Source: a virus
Lineage: Duplodnaviria > Caudoviricetes
Length of the DNA: 59,867 nucleotides
Reading direction: 5' to 3' (one strand)
Virus record (IMG/VR): IMGVR_UViG_3300032116_000210
Coordinates: 1-59,867 of that record
A program made the position numbers and the translations under genes. Below are positions 1-9,164 of the stretch, one piece after another (the stretch's first letter is position 1; every line of letters starts with the position of its first letter). The notes under the pieces were generated by a model. That model made no database searches. It saw nothing but the letters and a program-made list of their open reading frames with translations, and was not told where the DNA came from.

Positions 1-246
1 AAGCGGGCAGCGGGAGACGGTGCGGGTGTACCGGATCGTGGCGGCCAACGGGGTAGTGGACGAGCGGATCTTGCAGCGGTTGGGTGAGAAGGAGGCCGAG
101 CAAGAGGAATTTTTCAGGAACTTGGAAAGGGCGCAGGCATGACTGTGAAAGAGCGGATCTCGAGCGCGCAGAGCTCGAAGAACCTGGGCGAGGTGTCGAT
201 CGAGGACATCGGCGACATTGACGTCGTCCGGGCGTGCGGGATGGTC
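1..246 (+). repeat. Terminal direct repeat, copy 1
   Basis: Identical to 59622-59867 except position 119 (A) versus 59740 (C). It spans the helicase 3' end and the start of the Q-like gene. Confidence 0.97.
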
Positions 247-633
247 GGGGCGCAGTACCCCCTGGGCGTGAGTCTGTGGCGGCTGAAGTACGCGGCGGAC
301 ACGAGGGAGTTTCGGGCGGTGCTGGACGGGCTCACCCAGATCATGGACAAGCGGTGGCCAGACGAACCTGGCGGTACGGTGAGCACGGTTGCCGTCGTGG
401 TGCGGCATTGGCTGGATGACGTCTGCCATGCCTGTAATGGGCTGGGCTATAAGCCGGTGCCCGGTGCGCCGGTGTTGGGCGATGAGCCCTGCGATGTATG
501 CGGTGGGAGTGGCCGGTCCAAGCTGCCGAGGGCAGATGAACCGGCGGTGTGGCTGCAGGAGACGATCGCCCGCATGGAGCGGGAGGTCGCCGCCGCGATT
601 ATGAAAAAACTGAGCGCGACCTTGGAATTTTGA
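139..633 (+). CDS. Putative Q-like late antitermination protein with zinc finger
   Basis: CxxCxGxG...CxxCxGxG zinc finger (CHACNGLG, CDVCGGSG). Last gene of the rightward early operon, with an ATGA overlap with the helicase in the circular genome. Confidence 0.7.
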   Translation: MTVKERISSAQSSKNLGEVSIEDIGDIDVVRACGMVGAQYPLGVSLWRLKYAADTREFRAVLDGLTQIMDKRWPDEPGGTVSTVAVVVRHWLDDVCHACNGLGYKPVPGAPVLGDEPCDVCGGSGRSKLPRADEPAVWLQETIARMEREVAAAIMKKLSATLEF

Positions 634-1015
634 CGGCGTAGCCGTCGCGTACCACTTGCCCGCAGCAGGGGCAGATCTCCCGGTCGTCGCGGCGTTGGAT
701 GGCCCGGTGCACGGCCGACTGGTTCACGCCAATCTTCTTGGCCGCGGCGTAGACCGTCAGGCCATCCTTGAGCACCAGGTCGACGGCCTGCATGGTCTTG
801 GACCGACCAGGCCGGGGCCGGACCCAGAGAGCTTCGACTTCGTCGGGCCACTGCCGGGGCAGCCTGGTCCAGGCCTGGGCAGTGAGCTTGCCCTCCTTGC
901 GGTGGGCGGTGATGGCCTTCACGTTGTCGCGGTCTGCCGTTACGCGTAATACGTGCCGCAGGTTATCGGACCAGGGCAGATCCACGAGGAAGGACTCGAG
1001 GGGCAGCGGAGTCAT
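599..1015 (-). CDS. HTH plus zinc-ribbon protein
   Basis: Start ATG at 1015, next to the upstream stop. HTH-like LTVYAAAKKIGVNQSAVHRAI followed by CPCCG. Confidence 0.7.
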   Translation of the reverse strand: MTPLPLESFLVDLPWSDNLRHVLRVTADRDNVKAITAHRKEGKLTAQAWTRLPRQWPDEVEALWVRPRPGRSKTMQAVDLVLKDGLTVYAAAKKIGVNQSAVHRAIQRRDDREICPCCGQVVRDGYAVKIPRSRSVFS

Positions 1016-1017
1016 GG

Positions 1018-1326
1018 CTAGCCCTTTGAGGTCTTCCGGGCGCTGAGGCGCACGGTGTAGTAGGCCTCGCCCGTGCTGCTGTGGGCACGCACCAGCTGGC
1101 GGCTGGGGTTGAAGTGTTCGGCGATCGCGCGCCAGTCGATCGAGACCTTCCCTTCGTTGTGGGAGATGGCCGCGCGGTGATCGGTGCCCTCGATGACCGG
1201 CTCTTTCGAGGCGACGAGCAGCTGCTTGAGGCGGGTCTCTTCGACCTGCAGCGTGGCAATGGTGGCCTTGACCTGGGCCAGGCGGTCGACGACTCCGCCA
1301 AGTACGTCGAGGGGGTTTGTCTGCAT
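1018..1326 (-). CDS. Hypothetical coiled-coil phage protein
   Basis: ATG at 1326 with AAGGAG RBS. Helical N-terminus and short beta C-terminus. Confidence 0.75.
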   Translation of the reverse strand: MQTNPLDVLGGVVDRLAQVKATIATLQVEETRLKQLLVASKEPVIEGTDHRAAISHNEGKVSIDWRAIAEHFNPSRQLVRAHSSTGEAYYTVRLSARKTSKG

Positions 1327-1436
1327 GGTGATCTCCTTGATCAGTCTTGAGCCAGGCTGTTGTCGGCCGCCTGGATTCGCCGCGTATGCCGCCCTGGTAG
1401 CAAGGGGCATACGACAGGGCCCGAAGGCCCCATCGC

Positions 1437-2399
1437 TTAGGCCGCGAGCAGCAGGTCGAGGGCCTGCCGCTTGAGGTTGGCGCCCTGGCCCCACTGGGCC
1501 GAGACGAAGCGGTTCTCGTCGCTGCGAGCACGCACGTGGTGGTCGGCGTACTCGGTCACAGCGTTGAGCAGGCCCCAGCGGGTGCCGAAGACGCCGTCGT
1601 TCATGGCGCCCATGCCTTCGCCGTTGAAGAGGGCGAGCACCTTCTTGTAGCCGGCGGACTCCTGGACCTTCTCGCCGCTGCCGAAGAGCTTGGCCACAAA
1701 CTCGGCGGCCTCAGACTCGTGCAGGGCGCGGTTGGCCAGGGTCTCGGCCGCGTGCTTGAAGGCACCGAAGGCGGCTTCGTTCAGGCCCATGAAATTCTTG
1801 ACGGCCTCGGAGTCGAAGACCGACCGGTGGGTGATCTTCACGGCCTCGGGGGCGTCCGACAGGGCCATGGCCAGGGTGTTCTTGCAGACGACGCGCACGG
1901 TGGTGCGGCGAGCCTCAGTCGACAGCGAGCCGTCGGCACTGGTCGAGAGCAGCAGGTAGCCGCCGACCTCGTCTTTGTTGGTCAGGGCCATGGAACCGAT
2001 CTTCGCGGTGGCCCAGAAGCGCTTGCCGCCGTAGATCGTGCCGGCCGCGGAGAGGTCCAGGCCGCCTACCTTGACGATGTCGCGGAAGAACTCGAGCACG
2101 TCGGCGGGCTGCACGACCTGGTACTTGTTGGACACGACGCCGAGCGGGGCGCGGTTGTCCGAGCGGAAGAGCACGTGCTGCTCGGGCATCTGAACCAGGG
2201 GAGCGCTGGGGTCGCGGTCGACAGCGAAGCGAACGATGGACCGCTGAATGCGCCAGTCCATGCCAGCAGCAACGCGCCAGTCGTCGATTGATGCGTCGTC
2301 GGCCATCGGCTGGCCAAGACCGTGCCAGGGGGTGCCGTCAGACTGGAGATAAGCGAATTCGACGCGGCCGTCTGCGTGGGTGGTGAGTTCGTGTGACAT
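1437..2399 (-). CDS. DUF932 / phage-plasmid-like protein (TIGR03299-like)
   Basis: Characteristic PWHGLG, LGVVSNKYQVVQP, RVVCKNTL and GTRWGLLNAVTEY motifs, with GAAAGGAAG RBS. Confidence 0.88.
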   Translation of the reverse strand: MSHELTTHADGRVEFAYLQSDGTPWHGLGQPMADDASIDDWRVAAGMDWRIQRSIVRFAVDRDPSAPLVQMPEQHVLFRSDNRAPLGVVSNKYQVVQPADVLEFFRDIVKVGGLDLSAAGTIYGGKRFWATAKIGSMALTNKDEVGGYLLLSTSADGSLSTEARRTTVRVVCKNTLAMALSDAPEAVKITHRSVFDSEAVKNFMGLNEAAFGAFKHAAETLANRALHESEAAEFVAKLFGSGEKVQESAGYKKVLALFNGEGMGAMNDGVFGTRWGLLNAVTEYADHHVRARSDENRFVSAQWGQGANLKRQALDLLLAA

Positions 2400-2453
2400 G
2401 GTGACTTCCTTTCGTTTGGTTTGTGGAGCTGTTCATTCGGTCGCTCAAACACC

Positions 2454-2491
2454 GTAAGCAGAACTATCCTCTGCTTGATAGTACGTGTCAA
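2454..2491 (-). promoter_or_regulatory. Leftward sigma70-like promoter with overlapping operator
   Basis: On the minus strand TTGACA-17bp-GATAGT. Palindrome GTAAG-N5-CTATC at 2454-2468 resembles the immunity-region operators. Confidence 0.65.
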
Positions 2492-2639
2492 GCAGGGCTA
2501 AGCGCAGATGCGGGTTTTGGAAGGAAAATCGGGGCAATGAAAGCGCCGCTATCGGCTTGTGCAAGCCGTTTGTCGGGCAAAAAATAATTCCCCTACAAGT
2601 TGTAGGGGATAGCTTTTGTACGCCCTTGTTTAGCCACGC

Positions 2640-2690
2640 TTGACCTGCGCGACCGAAACCCTGAGAATCGCGGGGGGAACAAGCGCCCGT
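2640..2690 (+). promoter_or_regulatory. Late promoter A
   Basis: TTGACC-17bp-GAGAAT followed by a CGCGGG...GCGCCC leader shared with the sites at 14660 and 29191. Confidence 0.6.
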
Positions 2691-2705
2691 TTTTTGTCAA
2701 TTCAG

Positions 2706-2733
2706 AGCCGCAGCGATGCGGCTTTTTTCTTTT
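2706..2733 (+). terminator. Intrinsic terminator in the late leader
   Basis: AGCCGCA-gcga-TGCGGCT hairpin followed by a T-run. Confidence 0.8.
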
Positions 2734-2746
2734 CTGGGAGCCGCTG

Positions 2747-2992
2747 ATGGAGCGCATCACGATTGAAGTGCAGGACGACGGGCGCGTCACCGTCATGGCC
2801 GAGAGCCCGGGCGAAGAGCTCGAGCAGATGGATTTCGACTCGGTCGACGAGGCCGCGGGCGCCGTGCAAGAGCTGCTGATGGACGCAGGCGAAGACGCAG
2901 GCGAGATGGCCGAAGAGGGCGAGATGGACGCCGCGGCTATGTGGGACGAAGAGGCCTCGAAAAGGCCCCCGCAGCCGAACATGATGGCCTGA
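2747..2992 (+). CDS. Small acidic hypothetical protein
   Basis: GGGAG RBS, phage-like codon usage, very Glu/Asp rich. Confidence 0.75.
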   Translation: MERITIEVQDDGRVTVMAESPGEELEQMDFDSVDEAAGAVQELLMDAGEDAGEMAEEGEMDAAAMWDEEASKRPPQPNMMA

Positions 2993-3110
2993 TCTTCACA
3001 AACGCTTCACACGACAAGGCCTGGCCTGGCTGCGAAGCCGCGCCGGGCCTTGTTCTTTGTTGTGCAATCTGGTGCCTTGTTTAGGCACCCAACCTCAAGG
3101 AGTAGCAAAA

Positions 3111-3350
3111 ATGCAGGATTATTCGAACCCCCAGAGCCGTAACACGAGCCGCGCTGTCGGCGGCATGCTCAAGAGCGGCGCCGCCATCGGTGGCGGTGGC
3201 AACCAGACCCAGGGCAAGGGTGAGCTGCCCAGCAAGGTCTCGGTGCCCATGCCCGGCACCAACGCGCCCAGCGCCAGCCAGGGCAAGCCTGGCAGCAAGG
3301 TGAAGTCGCCCCAGGGCTTCGGCGGCGGGATCATTCCCGGGAAGATCTAA
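3111..3350 (+). CDS. Small basic Gly/Ser/Lys-rich hypothetical protein
   Basis: ATG at 3111 with AAGGAG RBS and strong codon bias. Confidence 0.75.
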   Translation: MQDYSNPQSRNTSRAVGGMLKSGAAIGGGGNQTQGKGELPSKVSVPMPGTNAPSASQGKPGSKVKSPQGFGGGIIPGKI

Positions 3351-3356
3351 GCGGCC

Positions 3357-3836
3357 ATGCGCAAGACGCGAAGCGCCTCGAACAGCAAGGCCACCCGCGT
3401 GGCCGACCTGGCCGGCGCTCCCCCGCAGCTGGCCACCAGCCAGGACCTGCTCGGCGCCAACGAGCCCCTGGTCGGCCGCCAGTACCCCAGCAAGCGCTCG
3501 GGCAAGATCCCGCACCTGATCAACCTCAAGGCCGTGGCCGAGGCGTTGATCGACGAGGGCCTGGACCCGGCGGCCGAGATCGCCCGGGTGCTCAAGGGCC
3601 GGCCGATGGTCGACGACAACGGCAACCCCGTTATCGACCCCGTCACGGGCCAGGAAGTCATGGAGCACCTGGTCGACCCCGAGATCCGGCTGCGCACCCT
3701 CAACAGCCTGCTGGAGTTCGTGCAGCCCAAGCTCAAGGCCGTGGAGGTCAAGCTCAACGGCAACCTCGAGCTCAGCTCTGAGCAGCTGGACCAGCGCCTG
3801 GGCGCCCTGATCGCCAAGGCGGCCAAATCCTCGTGA
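3357..3836 (+). CDS. Putative terminase small subunit
   Basis: Overlaps the terL start (GTGA). Helical protein with a FVQPKLKAVEV motif typical of TerS. Confidence 0.7.
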   Translation: MRKTRSASNSKATRVADLAGAPPQLATSQDLLGANEPLVGRQYPSKRSGKIPHLINLKAVAEALIDEGLDPAAEIARVLKGRPMVDDNGNPVIDPVTGQEVMEHLVDPEIRLRTLNSLLEFVQPKLKAVEVKLNGNLELSSEQLDQRLGALIAKAAKSS

Positions 3837-5305
3837 ACGACCTCGCCGATCTGACCAAGCTGGACCTGTCCAGCCTGAGCGACGACGAGAAGCGGGAGCT
3901 GTACGAGCTGCTGCGGCTGCGGGACACCCGGGCACGCCGCAACCGCCTGGCCGCCTACCGGCCGTACGCCAAGCAGCGGGACTTCCACGAGGGCGGCAGC
4001 GGCTACCGGGAGCGGCTCTTCATGGCCGGCAACCAGCTCGGCAAGACCTGGGCCGGCGCGTTCGAGGTGGCCATGCACCTCACCGGCCGCTATCCCGACT
4101 GGTGGAAGGGCCGCCGGTTCCCGTACGCCATACGGGCCATGTGCGGCTCGGAGTCAGCCGAGCTGACCCGCAAGGGCGTGCAGCGGCTGCTGCTCGGCCC
4201 GCCAGAGATACGGGAGGAGTGGGGCACGGGCGCCATCCCCCACGACACCCTGCGCGACACCAGCATGAAGGCTGGGGTCCCCGATGCTGTGAGCTCGATC
4301 GTCGTGCGGCACGTGTGCGGCGAAGACTCCGTGATCCAGTTCAACAGCTACGACCAGGGGCGGACGAAGTGGCAGGCCGACACCGTGGACCTGGTCTGGA
4401 TGGACGAGGAGCCGCCCCAGGCCATCTACAGCGAGGCGCTGACCCGGACCAACGCCACCGGCGGCCTGGTCTTCGTGACCTTCACCCCGCTGCTCGGCAT
4501 GTCCGAGGTCGTGAAGCGCTACCTGCTGGACAAGCCCGAGGGCACGACCGTCACCAACATGACGATCGAGGACGCCGAGCACTACACCCCGGAGCAGCGG
4601 GCAGCCATCATCGCCAGCTACCCGGAGCACGAGCGGGAGGCCCGGGCCAAGGGCATACCCATCTTGGGCTCTGGCCGGGTGTTCCCGGTTGTCGAGGACG
4701 GCATCAAGGTGCAGCCGTTCCCGATCCCGCCCCACTGGCCCCGCATCGTCGGTCTGGACTTTGGGATAGACCACCCCACAGCGGCCACGTGGCTGGCCTG
4801 GGACCGGGACTCGGACACCGTCTACGTCACAGACACGTACCGGGTGAAGGACGCCTCGATCGCCATACACGCCGCGTCGATACGCGCCCGCGGCGACTGG
4901 ATACCGGTCGCGTGGCCCCACGACGGGCTACAGCGCGACAAGGGGTCAGGCCTGCAATTGGCTGACCAATACCGGGCCCAGGGCCTCGCCATGCTGCGTC
5001 AGCGGGCGACATTCGACGACGGCACCGCTGGCGTCGAGGCGGGCTTAGCCGAGATGCTGACCCGCATGCAGACCATGCGGCTGAAGGTATTCGCCCACCT
5101 GGGCGACTGGTTTGAGGAGTTCCGGCTGTACCACCGCAAGGACGGCCTGGTCGTCAAGGACGGCGACGACCTGATGGCCGCCACCCGCTACGCACTGATG
5201 ATGCGGCGGTACGCCAAGACACACGAAGAGGCCGGCGCCCGCATACAGCGCGGGGCGCTACCGGTAGTGAACTTTGGGGTCTTTGACCCAGAGATGGGGT
5301 ACTGA
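3833..5305 (+). CDS. terL: Terminase large subunit (P22-like)
   Basis: RERLFMAGNQLGKT Walker A, WMDEEP Walker B, TFTPLLG motif, and nuclease GLDFG...DDLMAATRY. Confidence 0.96.
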   Translation: MNDLADLTKLDLSSLSDDEKRELYELLRLRDTRARRNRLAAYRPYAKQRDFHEGGSGYRERLFMAGNQLGKTWAGAFEVAMHLTGRYPDWWKGRRFPYAIRAMCGSESAELTRKGVQRLLLGPPEIREEWGTGAIPHDTLRDTSMKAGVPDAVSSIVVRHVCGEDSVIQFNSYDQGRTKWQADTVDLVWMDEEPPQAIYSEALTRTNATGGLVFVTFTPLLGMSEVVKRYLLDKPEGTTVTNMTIEDAEHYTPEQRAAIIASYPEHEREARAKGIPILGSGRVFPVVEDGIKVQPFPIPPHWPRIVGLDFGIDHPTAATWLAWDRDSDTVYVTDTYRVKDASIAIHAASIRARGDWIPVAWPHDGLQRDKGSGLQLADQYRAQGLAMLRQRATFDDGTAGVEAGLAEMLTRMQTMRLKVFAHLGDWFEEFRLYHRKDGLVVKDGDDLMAATRYALMMRRYAKTHEEAGARIQRGALPVVNFGVFDPEMGY

Positions 5306-5306
5306 C

Positions 5307-5504
5307 ATGGTCCAGTGGCTGGCGGTGGTCGTGTTCTGCGTGGGCGGCGAGTGCGCCTTCTGGGCGTCCATTCACGAGCCCCTGGCAAGTAAGGACGAGT
5401 GCCAGGCCCTGGCCGCGCAGGTTCACGTGCATTTCGAGGAGCAGGGCGCCGAGCTGGTTGCAGCGACCTGCCTGCCGGTCAACTGGGCCGGCAAGAGGAT
5501 CTGA
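5307..5504 (+). CDS. Small Cys-containing hypothetical protein
   Basis: ATG at 5307 directly after the terL stop. Hydrophobic N-terminus and four Cys. Confidence 0.6.
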   Translation: MVQWLAVVVFCVGGECAFWASIHEPLASKDECQALAAQVHVHFEEQGAELVAATCLPVNWAGKRI

Positions 5505-5541
5505 TCACCAGCGCAACACTTACTTTTAAGAGGAGTTAGCT

Positions 5542-5904
5542 ATGCCAACTAGACAGGCCACCCTGGCCGACATCACGCCAAGCGGCAAAGCCCGTCTTGT
5601 GACTTGGACTGGAATGAATAACGGAGACGATGGCGCGCCGGTCGATTGGGTCGACTTCGCCGACCGCTGTTTCCAGGTCAGCGGCACCTTCGGTTCCGGG
5701 GGCAGCTGCACAGTACAGGGCAGCAACGACGCTACGAACTGGGCCCCGCTTACCGACCCGCAGGGCAACGCCTTGACGTTCACTTCGCAGAAGATCGAAC
5801 AAGCCACGGAGCTGCCCCGGTATGTCCGCCCCCTGGTCACAGCCGGCGACGGCACGACAGCACTCACCATCACCCTTTGCATGAGAAAGGCCTACCAATC
5901 ATGA
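5542..5904 (+). CDS. Small beta-sandwich virion protein (putative decoration)
   Basis: Strong GAGGAG RBS. FQVSGTF...VQGSNDATNW...RYVRP jelly-roll pattern. Confidence 0.7.
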   Translation: MPTRQATLADITPSGKARLVTWTGMNNGDDGAPVDWVDFADRCFQVSGTFGSGGSCTVQGSNDATNWAPLTDPQGNALTFTSQKIEQATELPRYVRPLVTAGDGTTALTITLCMRKAYQS

Positions 5905-6419
5905 GCAACAACTATCTTGACGCCGCCGACGCCATTCGCCGGGCGGCAAAGCAGTACGAGGTTTTCGTAAAGGCCGCAGACGCCCTGGAGCGCGCTGGCT
6001 CGTTTGAGCAGGCCGCGGTCGAAGCGGAGAAGGCGGCGGCTGCAGCGGCGGCGCAGCGGGACCAGGCGGCGGCAGAGCTGGCCCAGCTGATCGAAACAGC
6101 CAAGAGCCAGGAGGCGGCTAACAAGGCGGCCTATGACCTGGCCAAGGCTGAGGCCAAAGACGTCGTCGCCCAGGCCAAGGACAAGGCGAAGGCTGAGGCT
6201 GCTGCGATTGTCGAGACTGCGAAGAAGCAGGCGGACAAGACCATCGCTGCTGCGCAGGTCAAAGCGGCAGAGCAGATCGCGATAGCTCAGACGGCTGAGC
6301 AGCGGGCGGCAGAAGTGAGCGGGAGTGTCGCCAAGTTGGAGAGCGATCTTCGCGAGCTTACTAAGCAACACGACGCTATGGTCAAGGCAATCGAGTCCAT
6401 GCGCGCTAAGTTCGTTTAA
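5901..6419 (+). CDS. Ala-rich coiled-coil protein
   Basis: ATG at 5901 overlaps the upstream stop (ATGA). Heptad Ala/Lys/Glu pattern. Confidence 0.75.
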   Translation: MSNNYLDAADAIRRAAKQYEVFVKAADALERAGSFEQAAVEAEKAAAAAAAQRDQAAAELAQLIETAKSQEAANKAAYDLAKAEAKDVVAQAKDKAKAEAAAIVETAKKQADKTIAAAQVKAAEQIAIAQTAEQRAAEVSGSVAKLESDLRELTKQHDAMVKAIESMRAKFV

Positions 6420-6430
6420 GGGGGCGTTGC

Positions 6431-8887
6431 ATGTCAGATAACACCGTCATTAACACGGGCCACGGTGGCGACACAATCGCCACGGATGACATCGGTGGCG
6501 TCAAATTCCAACGCGTCAAACTCGCTATTGGCGCAGACGGTGTCTATGACGGCGACGTTTCTGCCAGCAACGGGCTGCCTGTTGCACCGGCCAACATCGT
6601 TGGCAAGTTTCGAGACGCGTTTGAGTCTTTCGTAAACGGCGTCAACTGGACCCTGGTCCAAGATGCCAATGACATCGTTCAGCTCGACGGCAACGCAGTC
6701 TCCGCGTCGTACCTGGTCATATCCAAAGACCCGCTGTCGGTTGGTGGCGTGACCACGCTGGAGACGATCGCTGCGTACAGCATGCCGCTTGAAGTTGCTG
6801 TGGGGTTGGCTTTCTCGCAGCGCATACTGGGCCAAGAGTTGTCGGTCGAGTTAATAAGCACTGAGACGCCATCGTCTCCCGTCAATGACGTTGCGATCAG
6901 CAGCATCAGCCAGACCACGACGGTTCTGACGGTCAACACCGCCACGCCGCATGACCTCGTTCCAGGCAAGCGCATTGGTATCTATGGCTGCATCGACAGC
7001 CGGCTGAACTATCCGGCGTTGGTTGTCGCGACCACGCCGAGCGCAACACAGTTCACTTGCACCGCCGGCCCTGGCGGCACGATTCCGTCTGTCTCGTTGT
7101 CTGGCGGTGCGGACGGGTATGTGTATTTTCGATCTGCGTTGGGTTACGCGCAGAACGGCGTATCACAGATTTTTGAGAACACCAGCACAACCAACGCGTC
7201 GATGTATTCGCGTTCAGCTTCTGGCGACGCGCTGCCTTCGGGCACTACGGGTGGCAACCACGCCATAACGGTTGGAAGCGCGGCTAGCATCCAGAGCATT
7301 GTCTCTCCGTATACGTACTCGTTTTTGCCGACGTCCGAATTCAGATTCATTTTGCAAGCAGACCGGGTGCAGTGGCTGGACGCTACCGTCGATACCACGA
7401 GCGCACCAACCTCGCGTCTGCTGCGTACTCAGGTCGTGCCTGATCCGACGAAACAGTACAAGCTGCGGTTTCGGTTTACAAACAACAAGGGCCTAACAGT
7501 CCCCGCGGCAAAGATTGTGTCGGCGGTGAAGTCCGGCTCTACGACTGCGACGATCACAACGGACGGCCCGCACGGTTTGACGACTGGCAACACGGTCGTG
7601 GTTTACGGCATTCGTGACCAGACCAACTTTGCAAACCTGACAGCGCCCACCACTGCGACTGTTTTGAACAGCACGCAGTTCACCGTTGCTTTTGGTGCGT
7701 CAGCCACCGCAACCTCGTACGGCGGCATGGTGGCCGTCGGTAATGGCGCCAACGTGCCAACGGCTTTTCCAAGTTTGGCGTTGCAGTCTGCCTCAGTGGC
7801 TTCTAATGAACTGTCGCTGTCAGCAAGCGCCAACTGGTCTTGGCTGATTGGCGACTATGTAAACGTGTACGGATGCCGGGATGTGGTGTCGGGCGCAGAC
7901 CTGGGCGTTGACGGTGTATATCGGGTGGTTGATGTTTCGACGACATCAATCCGACTTGCGCCAATCAATCCCGCAACCACGCTGCCTGCGCTGTCGCCAA
8001 CCAGCTGCGGCGGCACAGTGATCAAACGCACAGATGCCCGTATCGCCTTTGTGCGCATTTTCGATTACCTGCGCGAGCGGGTTGAGGTGCAGCCAAACGG
8101 TGTCGCGGCCGCGTCTGTGCCGGTGTTTATGAACGGCGGCTCAATCAGCTCCGGTTCAATCACACCCTTAAACAACAACGCCTACTCTCTACTCACAAGT
8201 ACAAACCTTGGAGCCGGTGCGACGTACACCGGCAGCACAACTAACGCTGCCGCGTCGACAACAAGCGGTACGACTTATTTCACGGCGATCAACGTCTCAA
8301 TTGTCCACACCGCTGGCCAGACGCCTGGCACGCTGATTTTTGAGGTCGGCAGCGAAACGACGTCAACCACGCCGACCACCTGGTTTGCGCAGTTCATCGT
8401 GCCAGTCAACAGCAGCGCGAACTGGCAAACCTTCACGTTCCCTTTGACATCACGTTATTACCGTTTGCGGTTTGTCAACGGCGCCGCCGCGCAAACGGTG
8501 TTTCGGTTGGCAACGATGTCGATTTATAACGGCGCCTTTAGCAGTGAGCTCACGTTTCCAGATCCGCACTTCATCCAAATATCTACAACCACGATTGGTG
8601 CGAACGGCGTGCAGACCTCCGCCGCCCTGGATTTTGGCGACACAAACCGGCTTTACAAGCAAGTCATGTTCACTGCTTACAGCGACCAGGCGAGCGCGAC
8701 TAACGGTTTTGTGATTCAACAAAGCCGGGATAACACCAACTGGCGCCAGACTAACCAAGCAACGGTGGCCGCGGGAACTTTGACAACGATTACCTCGGAC
8801 CTCGTCTACCGCTACGTTCGGGTTGTCTACACGAACGGCAGCGTGGCGCAGACCTCATTCCAACTTGATTGCCAGGCAATTACTTAA
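6431..8887 (+). CDS. Large beta-rich virion fibre/spike protein (possible head fibre)
   Basis: 818 aa, Thr/Ser/Gly rich. N-terminal DTIATDDIGGVKFQRVKL anchor-like segment, repeated T-x-x-PH-x-L-x-x-G beta modules, and two C-terminal jelly-roll-like units. Confidence 0.65.
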   Translation: MSDNTVINTGHGGDTIATDDIGGVKFQRVKLAIGADGVYDGDVSASNGLPVAPANIVGKFRDAFESFVNGVNWTLVQDANDIVQLDGNAVSASYLVISKDPLSVGGVTTLETIAAYSMPLEVAVGLAFSQRILGQELSVELISTETPSSPVNDVAISSISQTTTVLTVNTATPHDLVPGKRIGIYGCIDSRLNYPALVVATTPSATQFTCTAGPGGTIPSVSLSGGADGYVYFRSALGYAQNGVSQIFENTSTTNASMYSRSASGDALPSGTTGGNHAITVGSAASIQSIVSPYTYSFLPTSEFRFILQADRVQWLDATVDTTSAPTSRLLRTQVVPDPTKQYKLRFRFTNNKGLTVPAAKIVSAVKSGSTTATITTDGPHGLTTGNTVVVYGIRDQTNFANLTAPTTATVLNSTQFTVAFGASATATSYGGMVAVGNGANVPTAFPSLALQSASVASNELSLSASANWSWLIGDYVNVYGCRDVVSGADLGVDGVYRVVDVSTTSIRLAPINPATTLPALSPTSCGGTVIKRTDARIAFVRIFDYLRERVEVQPNGVAAASVPVFMNGGSISSGSITPLNNNAYSLLTSTNLGAGATYTGSTTNAAASTTSGTTYFTAINVSIVHTAGQTPGTLIFEVGSETTSTTPTTWFAQFIVPVNSSANWQTFTFPLTSRYYRLRFVNGAAAQTVFRLATMSIYNGAFSSELTFPDPHFIQISTTTIGANGVQTSAALDFGDTNRLYKQVMFTAYSDQASATNGFVIQQSRDNTNWRQTNQATVAAGTLTTITSDLVYRYVRVVYTNGSVAQTSFQLDCQAIT

Positions 8888-8888
8888 C

Positions 8889-9041
8889 ATGAACGAAATA
8901 AACGAAAGCATTGCCCACATTTCCTGTCAGCACTGCGGCAAAAAGTGGCAGGTCCTCAACGACGAGGGCACCGACTGGAACGAGCCGGCGACTGCTGAGC
9001 TGTACCAATCCGAAGACCACAATTGCCAACAGGAGGGTTAA
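8889..9041 (+). CDS. Small CxxC protein
   Basis: ATG 1 bp after the upstream stop. CQHC...HNC putative zinc ligands. Confidence 0.55.
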   Translation: MNEINESIAHISCQHCGKKWQVLNDEGTDWNEPATAELYQSEDHNCQQEG

Positions 9042-9043
9042 TC

Positions 9044-9133
9044 GTGCTGCTATTGCTTTTTAATCCTGGAACAAACGGCGGCGCGCAGAGTTCAGCTTCG
9101 CGTCTTTTCGTGCGTCGGCGCAGACGCGTGTGA
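9044..9133 (+). CDS. 29-aa peptide MLLLLFNPG...FVRRRRRV (below the ORF-track cutoff)
   Basis: GTG start 2 bp after the upstream stop, AGGAGG RBS, open for 29 codons to TGA. Confidence 0.55.
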   Translation: MLLLLFNPGTNGGAQSSASRLFVRRRRRV

Positions 9134-9164
9134 TGCCGCGGTAAAGAAGAAAGAGGATTGATAT

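Noticed and set aside
599-1531. 310-aa ORF as called by the track
   Set aside because: The upstream part overlaps two better ORFs. Only 599-1015 is credible.
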